A stretch of 49,067 nt of DNA from Acetatifactor sp. (GTDB taxonomy: Bacteria; Bacillota; Clostridia; Lachnospirales; Lachnospiraceae): NCBI GenBank assembly GCA_050873925.1, contig JBNMJR010000001.1, positions 1 to 49,067 on the forward strand. The letters are read 5' to 3'. Made by a program: the position numbers and the translations under genes. Of this stretch, positions 1 through 7,967 are shown piece by piece. Within the stretch, counting starts at the first letter, position 1. Every line of letters begins with the position of its first letter. The notes below the pieces were generated by a model, which was not told the DNA's origin, did not search any database, and saw only the letters and a program-made list of their open reading frames with translations.

Positions 1-130
1 GTCAATCTTTCGATTGGCTTGCTTGTTCTTGAATTTCTCTGAAAATCTTGGAATTTTCAGGGTTGCATTACTGTTTATTTGTCAAAGATCAGTGTTTCAT
101 GTTTCGCTGTTGTTCTCAGCGGCAACTCTG
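1..130 (-). promoter_or_regulatory. Probable rRNA operon leader with boxA-like antitermination element (16S gene would lie left of the window)
   Basis: Minus strand GATCTTTGACAA (79-90) resembles Firmicute rrn boxA. It lies downstream of two strong tandem promoters and there is no credible CDS. The rRNA itself is not in the window. Confidence 0.75.
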
Positions 131-132
131 AT

Positions 133-161
133 ATCTTATCATAACCGCTTTCGTTTGTCAA
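133..161 (-). promoter_or_regulatory. sigmaA promoter (rrn P2-like)
   Basis: TTGACA-17 nt-TAAGAT on the minus strand with an A-rich UP-like tract upstream. Confidence 0.8.
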
Positions 162-229
162 CAACTTTTTTCGATTTTTTTCAAATCTTTTTCTCAACCG
201 GAAAACTTTCATTTTCGCGGTGGATTTTC

Positions 230-259
230 ATACTACCACATTGTTCCTCGCTTTGTCAA
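230..259 (-). promoter_or_regulatory. sigmaA promoter (rrn P1-like)
   Basis: TTGACA-18 nt-TAGTAT with extended -10 TG and A/T-rich upstream sequence; about 100 bp upstream of P2, typical tandem rrn arrangement. Confidence 0.7.
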
Positions 260-367
260 CAACTTTTTACATTTATTTTTCAAAGCATTTACACAACGAC
301 GGAAATGGCGTAAAAAAAGAAATCTCAATCTCTTAAGATTCTTCTTTTACTTCCTATTGGTAGTAAA

Positions 368-455
368 CGGAGAAAGAGGGATTTGAACCCTCGCGCCGGT
401 TGCCCGACCTACACCCTTAGCAGGGGCGCCTCTTCAGCCTCTTGAGTATTTCTCC
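368..455 (-). tRNA. tRNA-Ser(GCT)
   Basis: Minus strand GGAGAAATACTCAAGAGGCTGAAGAGGCGCCCCTGCTAAGGGTGTAGGTCGGGCAACCGGCGCGAGGGTTCAAATCCCTCTTTCTCCG: 88 nt, GCT anticodon, long variable arm, TTCAAAT T-loop, G discriminator; CCA not encoded. Confidence 0.97.
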
Positions 456-514
456 ATGATCTGAACATCGTCTCTACCAATATGTTATTGGCGTCATTTC
501 GTGACGCAAAAGTT

Positions 515-543
515 ATTATACATAAGCTCTCCGCTTTTGTCAA
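515..543 (-). promoter_or_regulatory. sigmaA promoter of tRNA-Ser
   Basis: Perfect TTGACA-17 nt-TATAAT. Confidence 0.9.
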
Positions 544-580
544 TCGCTTTTTTTATTATTTTACCAATTGTAGATATTGT

Positions 581-1288
581 TTATGAATATTGCCGAATAG
601 CTTCTTCAATCCTGGCTTTTACAACGTCCGCAATCTCAGGTGTCTTCAGCTGTTTATACTCTTCATAACAGATTGGCGGTAAATAGATCAGCTTTACCGT
701 TACCGGAGCTATAGACTTCTCGTCAAACGGTTTGTAAGAATCAATCAGTGCACAGGGTACAATAGGGCACTTTGCTCTGACTGCGCTTTTGAAGGTTCCT
801 CCCTTAAAGGGAAGCAGCCGGTTCCCCATACGGCTTCTGGTTCCTTCCGGGAAGATCAGAAAGTTTCTGCCCTGCTTTACTTCTTCTGTCATTTGGTTGA
901 TCACCCGGAGAGACTGCTTAATATCTTCTCTGTCTATAGCAATCGCATGCAATGCCCGAAATACCTGTTTTAACAGGATCACATTGCTTACTTCCTTCTT
1001 ATAGACTACAGAGAATGGAACCGGACAGGACTCCAGGAATACAAGTGCATCAAACATCCCCTGATGATTGGGAAAGAAAATAAACCCGTTTTCTTTCGGA
1101 ATATTTTCCACACCATAGCTCTCTATGGTTACCCTTCCGGCACGGTTTGCTGCCTTTGTTACCTTTTTAATAAATGCATAATTCTTTTCCAGGTCAAAAT
1201 TCTTCCTGGTTCCCAGCCACCATATCCTGATCAGATAATACGGCACCTTATAGAACAGTCTTACCACCATCAGTATAATTCTATACAT
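581..1288 (-). CDS. plsC: 1-acyl-sn-glycerol-3-phosphate acyltransferase (LPLAT family)
   Basis: NHQGMFD (HX4D) and FPEGTRS motifs. Confidence 0.9.
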   Translation of the reverse strand: MYRIILMVVRLFYKVPYYLIRIWWLGTRKNFDLEKNYAFIKKVTKAANRAGRVTIESYGVENIPKENGFIFFPNHQGMFDALVFLESCPVPFSVVYKKEVSNVILLKQVFRALHAIAIDREDIKQSLRVINQMTEEVKQGRNFLIFPEGTRSRMGNRLLPFKGGTFKSAVRAKCPIVPCALIDSYKPFDEKSIAPVTVKLIYLPPICYEEYKQLKTPEIADVVKARIEEAIRQYS

Positions 1289-1301
1289 AGTCTGCCCCAG
1301 C

Positions 1302-1853
1302 CTACTCTTCGTTGTATTCTTTTACAGCCGTTTCATACAGGTTATTACCTTCTGCATCAATTACTACAATGGCCGGAAAGTCCTTCACGGTCAGTTTACG
1401 GATAGCTTCTGTTCCGAGATCATCATACGCAATGACTTCGGAAGAGGTAATTGCACGGGACAAAAGTGCTCCTGCACCACCTACTGCCGCAAAATATACC
1501 GCTCCGTTCCTTACAATGGCATCCCGGACTGCCTGTGATCTTTTTCCTTTTCCGATCATCCCCTTCAGTCCCAGGTCCAATAGTCCCGGTGCATATTTAT
1601 CCATTCTGCTGGCCGTTGTCGGGCCTGCAGACCCTATAGGCCGGCCTTCTCTTGCCGGAGACGGTCCCATATAGTAGATTACGTTATTTTTCATTTCTAT
1701 AGGAAGTGATTCTCCCTTGTCCAGAGCTTCCTGCATTCTCTTGTGCGCCGCATCCCGGGCTGTATAAATGGTCCCTGTCAGATATACATAATCTCCTGAT
1801 TTCAGAGAGCGGGCATCTTCATCGCTGAGAGGTACTTTTACATATTTATCCAT
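1302..1853 (-). CDS. Fe-S hydro-lyase / class I fumarate hydratase beta subunit
   Basis: TARDAAHKR, GPTTASRMD and IGKG motifs; start moved to MDKYV (GGAG RBS upstream). Confidence 0.9.
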   Translation of the reverse strand: MDKYVKVPLSDEDARSLKSGDYVYLTGTIYTARDAAHKRMQEALDKGESLPIEMKNNVIYYMGPSPAREGRPIGSAGPTTASRMDKYAPGLLDLGLKGMIGKGKRSQAVRDAIVRNGAVYFAAVGGAGALLSRAITSSEVIAYDDLGTEAIRKLTVKDFPAIVVIDAEGNNLYETAVKEYNEE

Positions 1854-1896
1854 GTCGCTTACACTCCAATTATTATAATATCCGGACATCTTTACT

Positions 1897-2739
1897 TCAG
1901 ATTTCTCTGACTGCATGCCTGTTGACATGACAACAGATGTTTACAGCTACCGGCAAACCCGCTATATGTGTGGGATATGTATTAATGTTGACCGCCAGTG
2001 CTGTGGTTGATCCGCCCAGTCCTCCCGGTCCAATACCTGTTTTGTTGATCTTCTCCAGCAACTCTTCTTCCAGTTCTCTCACATAGGGTATCTCCGAATG
2101 TTCATCCACCGGACGCGTCAATGCTTTCTTCGCCATCAATGCACATTTTTCAAAAGTACCACCGATACCTACTCCGACTACCATAGGAGGACACGCATTC
2201 GGGCCTGCATCCTTTACTGCCGTCAGGATTGCATTCTTCACACCCTCTATTCCATCTGCGGGCTTGAGCATAAATACTCTGCTCATGTTCTCACTGCCAA
2301 AGCCCTTCGGTGCCACAGTTACCCGGACACGATCCCCCGGAACAATGCTGTAATGAATAATCGCAGGCGTATTATCCTTGGTATTCTCCCGGTAAATAGG
2401 ATCCCTTACCACGGATTTTCGCAGATAACCGTCCACATATCCCTGTCTGACACCTTCGTTGACGGCATCTTCCACATTGCCCCCTGTCAGATGTACATCC
2501 TGACCCACTTCCAGAAATACAACGGTCATTCCGGTGTCCTGGCAGATGGGAATCATATCCTGCGCCGCAATTTCCATGTTTTGCTGCAGTTGTTGCAGGA
2601 TCTGCCTGCCCAGAGGAGCTTTCTCCTGCTGTTCCGCTTTTGTAAATGCCGTCTTCATGTCCTCAGACAGGAAATGATTGGCCTCTATACACATTTCTTT
2701 GATATTTTGCGTCAAAGTAGCTACGTCTACTGTTCTCAT
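1897..2739 (-). CDS. Fe-S hydro-lyase / class I fumarate hydratase alpha subunit
   Basis: ICQDTG, KGFGSEN, ACPP and CCH..RH motifs. Confidence 0.92.
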   Translation of the reverse strand: MRTVDVATLTQNIKEMCIEANHFLSEDMKTAFTKAEQQEKAPLGRQILQQLQQNMEIAAQDMIPICQDTGMTVVFLEVGQDVHLTGGNVEDAVNEGVRQGYVDGYLRKSVVRDPIYRENTKDNTPAIIHYSIVPGDRVRVTVAPKGFGSENMSRVFMLKPADGIEGVKNAILTAVKDAGPNACPPMVVGVGIGGTFEKCALMAKKALTRPVDEHSEIPYVRELEEELLEKINKTGIGPGGLGGSTTALAVNINTYPTHIAGLPVAVNICCHVNRHAVREI

Positions 2740-2751
2740 GGTTTCTCCCTG

Positions 2752-3162
2752 CTATTCGGTAATGGTTTTACGAATCTCTTCCAGTTCTTCCGGTGTACTT
2801 TCCCCGGGGTTCCATAAAATATGCTGTCCATCATTCTCGTAGCGGGGAATCAGGTGCATATGAAAATGTCGAACGGTCTGTCCGGCAGCCTCTCCGTTAT
2901 TCTGTACGATGTTGAGACCATCGCAATGTAATTTCTCCGTCATCTTTGTTGCCATCTTTTTCGCAAGAACAAATACTTTTGCCGCTGTATCCTCCGGCAG
3001 TTCATAGAGATTATCCGCATGCTCCTTGGGCAGGATCAGCGCATGTCCTCTGGTGGCCGGTCCCAGATCCAGTATTACTCTGAAGTCCCCATCCTCATAT
3101 AAAGTCTTGGAAGGGATCTCTCCGTTTGCAATTTTACAGAAAATACAATCTTCCTTTTTCAT
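2752..3162 (-). CDS. HIT family nucleotide hydrolase
   Basis: CIFC zinc motif and HFHMH histidine triad; start MKKEDC with AGGAG RBS. Confidence 0.93.
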   Translation of the reverse strand: MKKEDCIFCKIANGEIPSKTLYEDGDFRVILDLGPATRGHALILPKEHADNLYELPEDTAAKVFVLAKKMATKMTEKLHCDGLNIVQNNGEAAGQTVRHFHMHLIPRYENDGQHILWNPGESTPEELEEIRKTITE

Positions 3163-3172
3163 CGTTTTTCTC

Positions 3173-4180
3173 CTATCTGTTATTTTCTTCAAAAGGGAAC
3201 ATCTGATCCAGTGTTCTGAGGATCCGGAAATCGCCCTTCATTCGTTTCATAACACCCGACATAAATGCTCTCTGGAATGTCATTCTTCCATTTACAATAT
3301 CTTCCATGGCAGCACGGTTCATCTGCATCTCCACATCCGGCTTCTCCGTCTCGCCATATCCGCATTCCAGTGTGCCGCTGCCGATGGCAATCCACAAAGG
3401 ATTTTTCTTTTCTTCTATATTAATAACATATCTTGCCTCAAAACCCGGCTGAGGTACGAAAACCCTTCGGAATTCCTCCAGATATTCCTGTTCATTATCC
3501 GCTCCGCTATTGTCCAGCATATCCCGGAACATGGAAGTCAATTCCTGAATATCTTCCTTTTGTCGCTGTACAAACGTATCATCCGATACGTATTCCGACA
3601 GCTGTTCTGTCTCCTGCGGTGTCAGGTTGATTGCCTTGGGAATCGTTACTTTCTGACGCATCACTTTATTGCTGGCAGGAAAACTGGCGATTTTCTGGTT
3701 GATGGTACGATACATGTTCTCAGCCTTTTTCTCAATGATCTGACCGTACTGTCCGTTCATCTCCAACGTTACTGTATTCTCTATATATCCGCATATGCCG
3801 CTGCAGGGCAATCCTCCCAGGATCTCCCAGGCCGCTGCAAGGCTGAGCTTGCCTTCTCTCTCTCCGTAGGTGGTAGACATCACGACCGGACACATATAAA
3901 TTCCCGCAATCGTCTCTTTATCACCATACAGCCAGCAGGCATCCAGAAACTGCTGCATATAGCCACCGATACCGTACCACTCCACTGTCGTTGCCAGAAT
4001 AATTCCATCTGCCTCTTTCAGGGTCTGTGGCAACGTCGTAATGTTAGTCTTTCCATCATAAAGATTGTACCTCTCTACATGCACCCGCAATTCTTCCAAT
4101 ACTTCCTGCATCTTATTGATCACATAGATCGTAGGATCATCTATGATTCCTCGTCCGCCATAGTAAATGTTGATATTCAA
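3173..4180 (-). CDS. Flavodoxin-like (NADPH-dependent FMN reductase fold) protein fused to a C-terminal SCP2 sterol/lipid-binding domain
   Basis: N-terminal INIYYGGRG...ADGIILATTVEWYG flavodoxin-like pattern; C-terminal PDVEMQM..IVNGRMTFQRAFMSG..KGDF SCP2 pattern; TTG start after GGAAGAGG overlapping the rhomboid stop. Confidence 0.75.
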   Translation of the reverse strand: MNINIYYGGRGIIDDPTIYVINKMQEVLEELRVHVERYNLYDGKTNITTLPQTLKEADGIILATTVEWYGIGGYMQQFLDACWLYGDKETIAGIYMCPVVMSTTYGEREGKLSLAAAWEILGGLPCSGICGYIENTVTLEMNGQYGQIIEKKAENMYRTINQKIASFPASNKVMRQKVTIPKAINLTPQETEQLSEYVSDDTFVQRQKEDIQELTSMFRDMLDNSGADNEQEYLEEFRRVFVPQPGFEARYVINIEEKKNPLWIAIGSGTLECGYGETEKPDVEMQMNRAAMEDIVNGRMTFQRAFMSGVMKRMKGDFRILRTLDQMFPFEENNR

Positions 4181-4791
4181 GTCCACACCTCTTCCGTTTT
4201 CTTCTGTCTTCTGTGTTTCCTGAGCGCGCAAAACAAAAGTCCCGCCAGAAATCCGGTCACCAGTCCGCCCACATGTGCCGCATTGTCTATATTTTGTGCA
4301 GTAAAACCGCTGTACAGAGATAATGCTATCATCAGAACCACCCGTCTGGGTGTAACATCCGGCATAGATTGCCGATCCAGCAAAATCCAGGCCAGCAATA
4401 CTCCGTCCAGTCCAAAGATGGCTCCACTGGCACCTACAGATGCCGAATAATCCATCTGCAGAAGTTTCGCCAGCAGCGAGCATAAATTTCCCCCGATTCC
4501 GGACAGGAAATAAAGTACCAGGAACGTGACATGGCCTGTCACCTTCTCAATCATGGCACCCAGGAAAAACAGAATCACCATATTATTAAAAAGATGCTCT
4601 ATACCCGCGTGCAAAAACAATGCCCACAAGAGTCTGCCGTACTGTTTGCCCGCCAATACACTGACTACATCCAGCTCGCCTTTATTATATAACACATTCC
4701 CCGAAAAAGTACACATCAGGAACACAATTACATTGATTGCCACAAGCATTCCGCTTGCCCAGGGTACATTACGAAGCCTTTTCACATTCAT
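4177..4791 (-). CDS. Rhomboid family intramembrane serine protease
   Basis: H..HLFNN, GASG catalytic Ser, AHVGG catalytic His; about 6 TM segments. Confidence 0.92.
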   Translation of the reverse strand: MNVKRLRNVPWASGMLVAINVIVFLMCTFSGNVLYNKGELDVVSVLAGKQYGRLLWALFLHAGIEHLFNNMVILFFLGAMIEKVTGHVTFLVLYFLSGIGGNLCSLLAKLLQMDYSASVGASGAIFGLDGVLLAWILLDRQSMPDVTPRRVVLMIALSLYSGFTAQNIDNAAHVGGLVTGFLAGLLFCALRKHRRQKKTEEVWT

Positions 4792-4831
4792 TGCTCCTCT
4801 CAATGTTCTCTCCATCCGGTATTGTATTTCA

Positions 4832-4861
4832 AATGTACCACTGTTTATATCACTCCGTCAA
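4832..4861 (-). promoter_or_regulatory. Putative sigmaA promoter of the rhomboid-to-plsC operon
   Basis: TTGACG-18 nt-TACATT with extended -10 TG. Confidence 0.5.
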
Positions 4862-4883
4862 CAAAAAGGGGCCTGTGCACTGC

Positions 4884-6035
4884 CTACCGGTAGATTACTG
4901 TCATCTTGCCCAACGTAATCTCATCTCCTTCTTCCAGCTTTCGTTTCTCATAAGGTTGCAGCTGTAATCCATTCTTAAATGTACCGTTTGTGGAATTCAT
5001 ATCTTCAAGATAATACCCATCTGTTTCCTTTATGATCCGTGCATGCAGACGACTGATCGACAGATCATTCAATACCAGATCCGCTTCTCCTCGCTTTTTC
5101 CCGATCGTGTAGAGCGGTTGTTCTAATGTTGCAAGCAGCTTCCCTTCTTCTGACAGCAAGCGGTGCGTACTCTCTCTGGGGGCCGGTCTTTCCTCCATAT
5201 ACACAGTTCTTCCCATATCTTCTTCCTCGTAAGCGGTCTCCTCCGCCACCGCATATCCCGTCATGGTCAGTTGCAGACTTCTTGCATAATTTTCCCGATC
5301 CTGCTTCTCTTTCTTTTTCCGGTTTTCCCACAGATTAAACAAACCTTTCTTTTCCTTTATTACCGAGACTTCTTCTACCGGCGTTTCTTTCTCTTCTTCT
5401 CTTATCTCTTCCTTCTCCTGATCTTCTCCCACGGCAACAGTTGTTTCTCCTTCTACGATATCCATTTTCTCATAAATTCTGAGGCATTCTGCATCCTCAA
5501 AGATTTTGGCCTGCAAATAGGCTTCTCCTGCCGATTCATATTGTTCATAGGCCTTATAGACGTATTCCACCAGGCCTTCATCCTGATAATCCACATGTTC
5601 CACCAGATATTCCATCAGCTCATCAAATCCTGTATTTTCCTCGCAATACGGGACATATATAAAATAAAATTCTTTCTTCTCCAGATCCTGATAGACATGC
5701 TGCGGGAACCATATGATATTGCTCTCTTCCAAAAGGAATCTGGACATTTCCTGCCGTACCCTGCGCATACTCCACAAAAAATCCATGATCCACTGTCTTG
5801 TAACAGGCTTCTTCTCAAAAAGCTGGGCAATATTCTGTCTGGAAGTAATATCATAATAGAGGTAGGCCTCTCCGTCTATGTATCTTAAACTGCAAGGCAA
5901 CAGTCCCTTGATTCCGCCCCTGCTGATCATACAATACTGATATTTCTTTTCCTCCGGCTTCTGTTCCAGTAATAGTCTCTCATAATTCGCATTTAAGCTT
6001 CTGATATATTCTGTATTTAACAACTGTTCTTCCAT
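4884..6035 (-). CDS. DUF6382-like N-terminal domain plus C-terminal FHA domain protein
   Basis: C-terminal IGK...ISRLHA...DMNSTNGT..NG FHA motifs; N-terminal YYDITSRQ and E.NI..P..VY pattern typical of Tad-associated DUF6382. Confidence 0.85.
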   Translation of the reverse strand: MEEQLLNTEYIRSLNANYERLLLEQKPEEKKYQYCMISRGGIKGLLPCSLRYIDGEAYLYYDITSRQNIAQLFEKKPVTRQWIMDFLWSMRRVRQEMSRFLLEESNIIWFPQHVYQDLEKKEFYFIYVPYCEENTGFDELMEYLVEHVDYQDEGLVEYVYKAYEQYESAGEAYLQAKIFEDAECLRIYEKMDIVEGETTVAVGEDQEKEEIREEEKETPVEEVSVIKEKKGLFNLWENRKKKEKQDRENYARSLQLTMTGYAVAEETAYEEEDMGRTVYMEERPAPRESTHRLLSEEGKLLATLEQPLYTIGKKRGEADLVLNDLSISRLHARIIKETDGYYLEDMNSTNGTFKNGLQLQPYEKRKLEEGDEITLGKMTVIYR

Positions 6036-6041
6036 CCTTTC

Positions 6042-6530
6042 TCATTGTACCGCGCCGTTTGTATTTTCTTTGCTATCACTCTCGGCTGTTTCTTCTGCCT
6101 TCCTCCGATATCTTTGACTGTTTCGAAGAATCTCCACCGGATTGTTCCGTTTCACCTGAAAGGTCGCTTTTGCACTCCAATACCCGGGGACTCCCGCTAT
6201 TGTGGAAAACGGATAGGGTATTCTCCCCGTCTGTTCCACTGTTACCTGATTTTTTTCCAGTTTCCAGACCGGCAGTTCACTCTCCCAGGCAATGTATTTC
6301 TCCCTGTCAAAAAACATGTCTTTCTCCTGCAGTTGCCGATTCAGTTCCTCTTTTTTCTGCATCCACCTGCTGCCGCTTCTCACCGCCGCTCTTCCCATAT
6401 CCTGTTCCAAAAGACAACGGTCATATTGAAAGAACAGCAAATACGTCATCAGCACTATCACTCCCAATACTATGGGATACAGAACTGCTGCCTCCACTGT
6501 AAAATACGCTTTATAATTTTCTCCTTGCAT
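6042..6530 (-). CDS. TadE-like minor pilin
   Basis: KA|YFTVEAAVLYP prepilin-type motif with E5, followed by a hydrophobic helix; start at MQGEN with GGAGG upstream. Confidence 0.8.
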   Translation of the reverse strand: MQGENYKAYFTVEAAVLYPIVLGVIVLMTYLLFFQYDRCLLEQDMGRAAVRSGSRWMQKKEELNRQLQEKDMFFDREKYIAWESELPVWKLEKNQVTVEQTGRIPYPFSTIAGVPGYWSAKATFQVKRNNPVEILRNSQRYRRKAEETAESDSKENTNGAVQ

Positions 6531-6547
6531 ACCGTTGCTCCCTCCGA

Positions 6548-6961
6548 TCATCCTGTCATCCATGTTGTTATATATGCCACCAGCAAAAAGGGAATATATG
6601 GAATCTGCAGACTGCAATTCCGTTTTCTGTAAAACAGAAACATTGCATAGAAAAAGAGATACAGAAGGCTTATACCTAAGATAAGAAGAATATTTTTATC
6701 TCTGCTCATAAAACCGGTCAGTGCCAGTACGATACCATCCGCCTCGCCGATTTCCTTCGTTACTTTTGACAGAAGCAGCAACAGAATTCCGGGAAGTATT
6801 GCGACAACCCTGCCGCTTTCAAAGCCTCCCCAGACAATATTCATAGCAGCCAGTACACCGCCCAGGAGCAATACCCTCAACGGAACCGCTCTCTTTCGAA
6901 TATCATGCCAGCTACCCAATAGCAGATAGCCGGTCAGTATCACCTTTTCCCACAACTCCAT
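6548..6961 (-). CDS. Prepilin peptidase, A24 family (second copy)
   Basis: HDIRKRAVP and IGEADG catalytic Asp motifs, IPYIPFL C-terminal motif, multiple TMs. Confidence 0.8.
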   Translation of the reverse strand: MELWEKVILTGYLLLGSWHDIRKRAVPLRVLLLGGVLAAMNIVWGGFESGRVVAILPGILLLLLSKVTKEIGEADGIVLALTGFMSRDKNILLILGISLLYLFFYAMFLFYRKRNCSLQIPYIPFLLVAYITTWMTG

Positions 6962-6979
6962 CTTCCCTGTTCTCCCGTT

Positions 6980-7936
6980 TTATATTTTCCCGCATCTGCT
7001 GCATTCTCTGTATCCGTCCGCGTCTTTTCTGGCAATGCAATATACGGTTCTCTTAAGTCCGGGGCAATCCCGCCTTTTGTGATAGCATTCGCCCTCAGAG
7101 CAAATATAGTAACCGCTCCCTTCCGGAACAGAGTCATCTTTTTTCTGTACCATGCATTTCTCGCAAGGGTGATAACCCTTAGGAATTTCCGCTGCTTCTA
7201 CCAGCCGGACCGACAGTTTCAAATGCGTACATTCTCTGTTTAAATGATACACTTCCGAGTCTTCCGTTATATAGACATATTCATCACCATTCTCAGCCCC
7301 CGGAATTGCATAGCCGTTCCACATATGTCCATAGTATCGATTCGCCATACGGAATTTCTGAAATCCCAAAACATCTGTGAGCGGACTGATTCCATAGGTG
7401 ACTACAATCTCACAGATATCGTTCTCTGTGCTGCTTTCCAGAAATTGCAGGCTGTCTATGCCATGTTCCAGTGGCGACTGCTCCAGATATTCTTCTCCCA
7501 GTTGATTCCGGATTTGCTCTTTAACATAAGTATAAGAAATGGCCACAGTCCCCAGCCTGTCATCATTATCCTCCTTCTCTCCGTCCCCGCCGTATCCTGC
7601 ATCCGGTATTCCTCTATAGATTCCTACCTGCCGACCTGCATCCCACAGTGCCACTTCCAGATTTCCATGCAGGCGTATCATTTCTATTGCACTTCCCATA
7701 TGAATCATGAAAAAGCAAAACAGCGGCAGAACCAGTGCCGTTTCCACTGTCATACTCGCTTTTACCGGTGTTTTCGGGAGTATAAGCAGTGATATCCTCT
7801 TTATGCAGTTTGCCAGTTGTAGAATTTTTACGGGGAGTAAATCATTACATGGGTTAAGAGTTCTTCTTAAAGTCGGAGTAGGACTTGAATTATTCTTGTT
7901 AACAGTTATATGGTCATGTCTGCATAAAAAGGACAT
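6980..7936 (-). CDS. TadE-like minor pilin with C-terminal tandem Cys/His metal-binding motifs
   Basis: KA|SMTVETALVLP pilin motif; C-terminal YHLNREC...CEKC and YHKRRDC...CSRC. Confidence 0.8.
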   Translation of the reverse strand: MSFLCRHDHITVNKNNSSPTPTLRRTLNPCNDLLPVKILQLANCIKRISLLILPKTPVKASMTVETALVLPLFCFFMIHMGSAIEMIRLHGNLEVALWDAGRQVGIYRGIPDAGYGGDGEKEDNDDRLGTVAISYTYVKEQIRNQLGEEYLEQSPLEHGIDSLQFLESSTENDICEIVVTYGISPLTDVLGFQKFRMANRYYGHMWNGYAIPGAENGDEYVYITEDSEVYHLNRECTHLKLSVRLVEAAEIPKGYHPCEKCMVQKKDDSVPEGSGYYICSEGECYHKRRDCPGLKRTVYCIARKDADGYRECSRCGKI

Positions 7937-7967
7937 CGCTGCTCACCTCCCTTCCAGGCTTGTCTTT

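Noticed and set aside
14-313. 99-aa plus-strand ORF
   Set aside because: Antisense to the rrn-type promoters and leader; Phe-rich composition, no RBS
368-455. tRNA-Ser as integration site of an island
   Set aside because: No integrase and no duplicate of the tRNA 3' end noticed in the window
490-510. c-di-GMP-I riboswitch suggested by GACGCAAA
   Set aside because: Wrong strand for the tRNA transcript, and no GAAA loop or P1/P2 context; just a short GCGTCA/TGACGC hairpin
3026-4450. 474-aa plus-strand ORF and other long antisense ORFs (e.g. 21026-22195, 22748-23581, 30561-31379)
   Set aside because: Shadow frames of well-supported minus-strand genes, with no recognisable motifs
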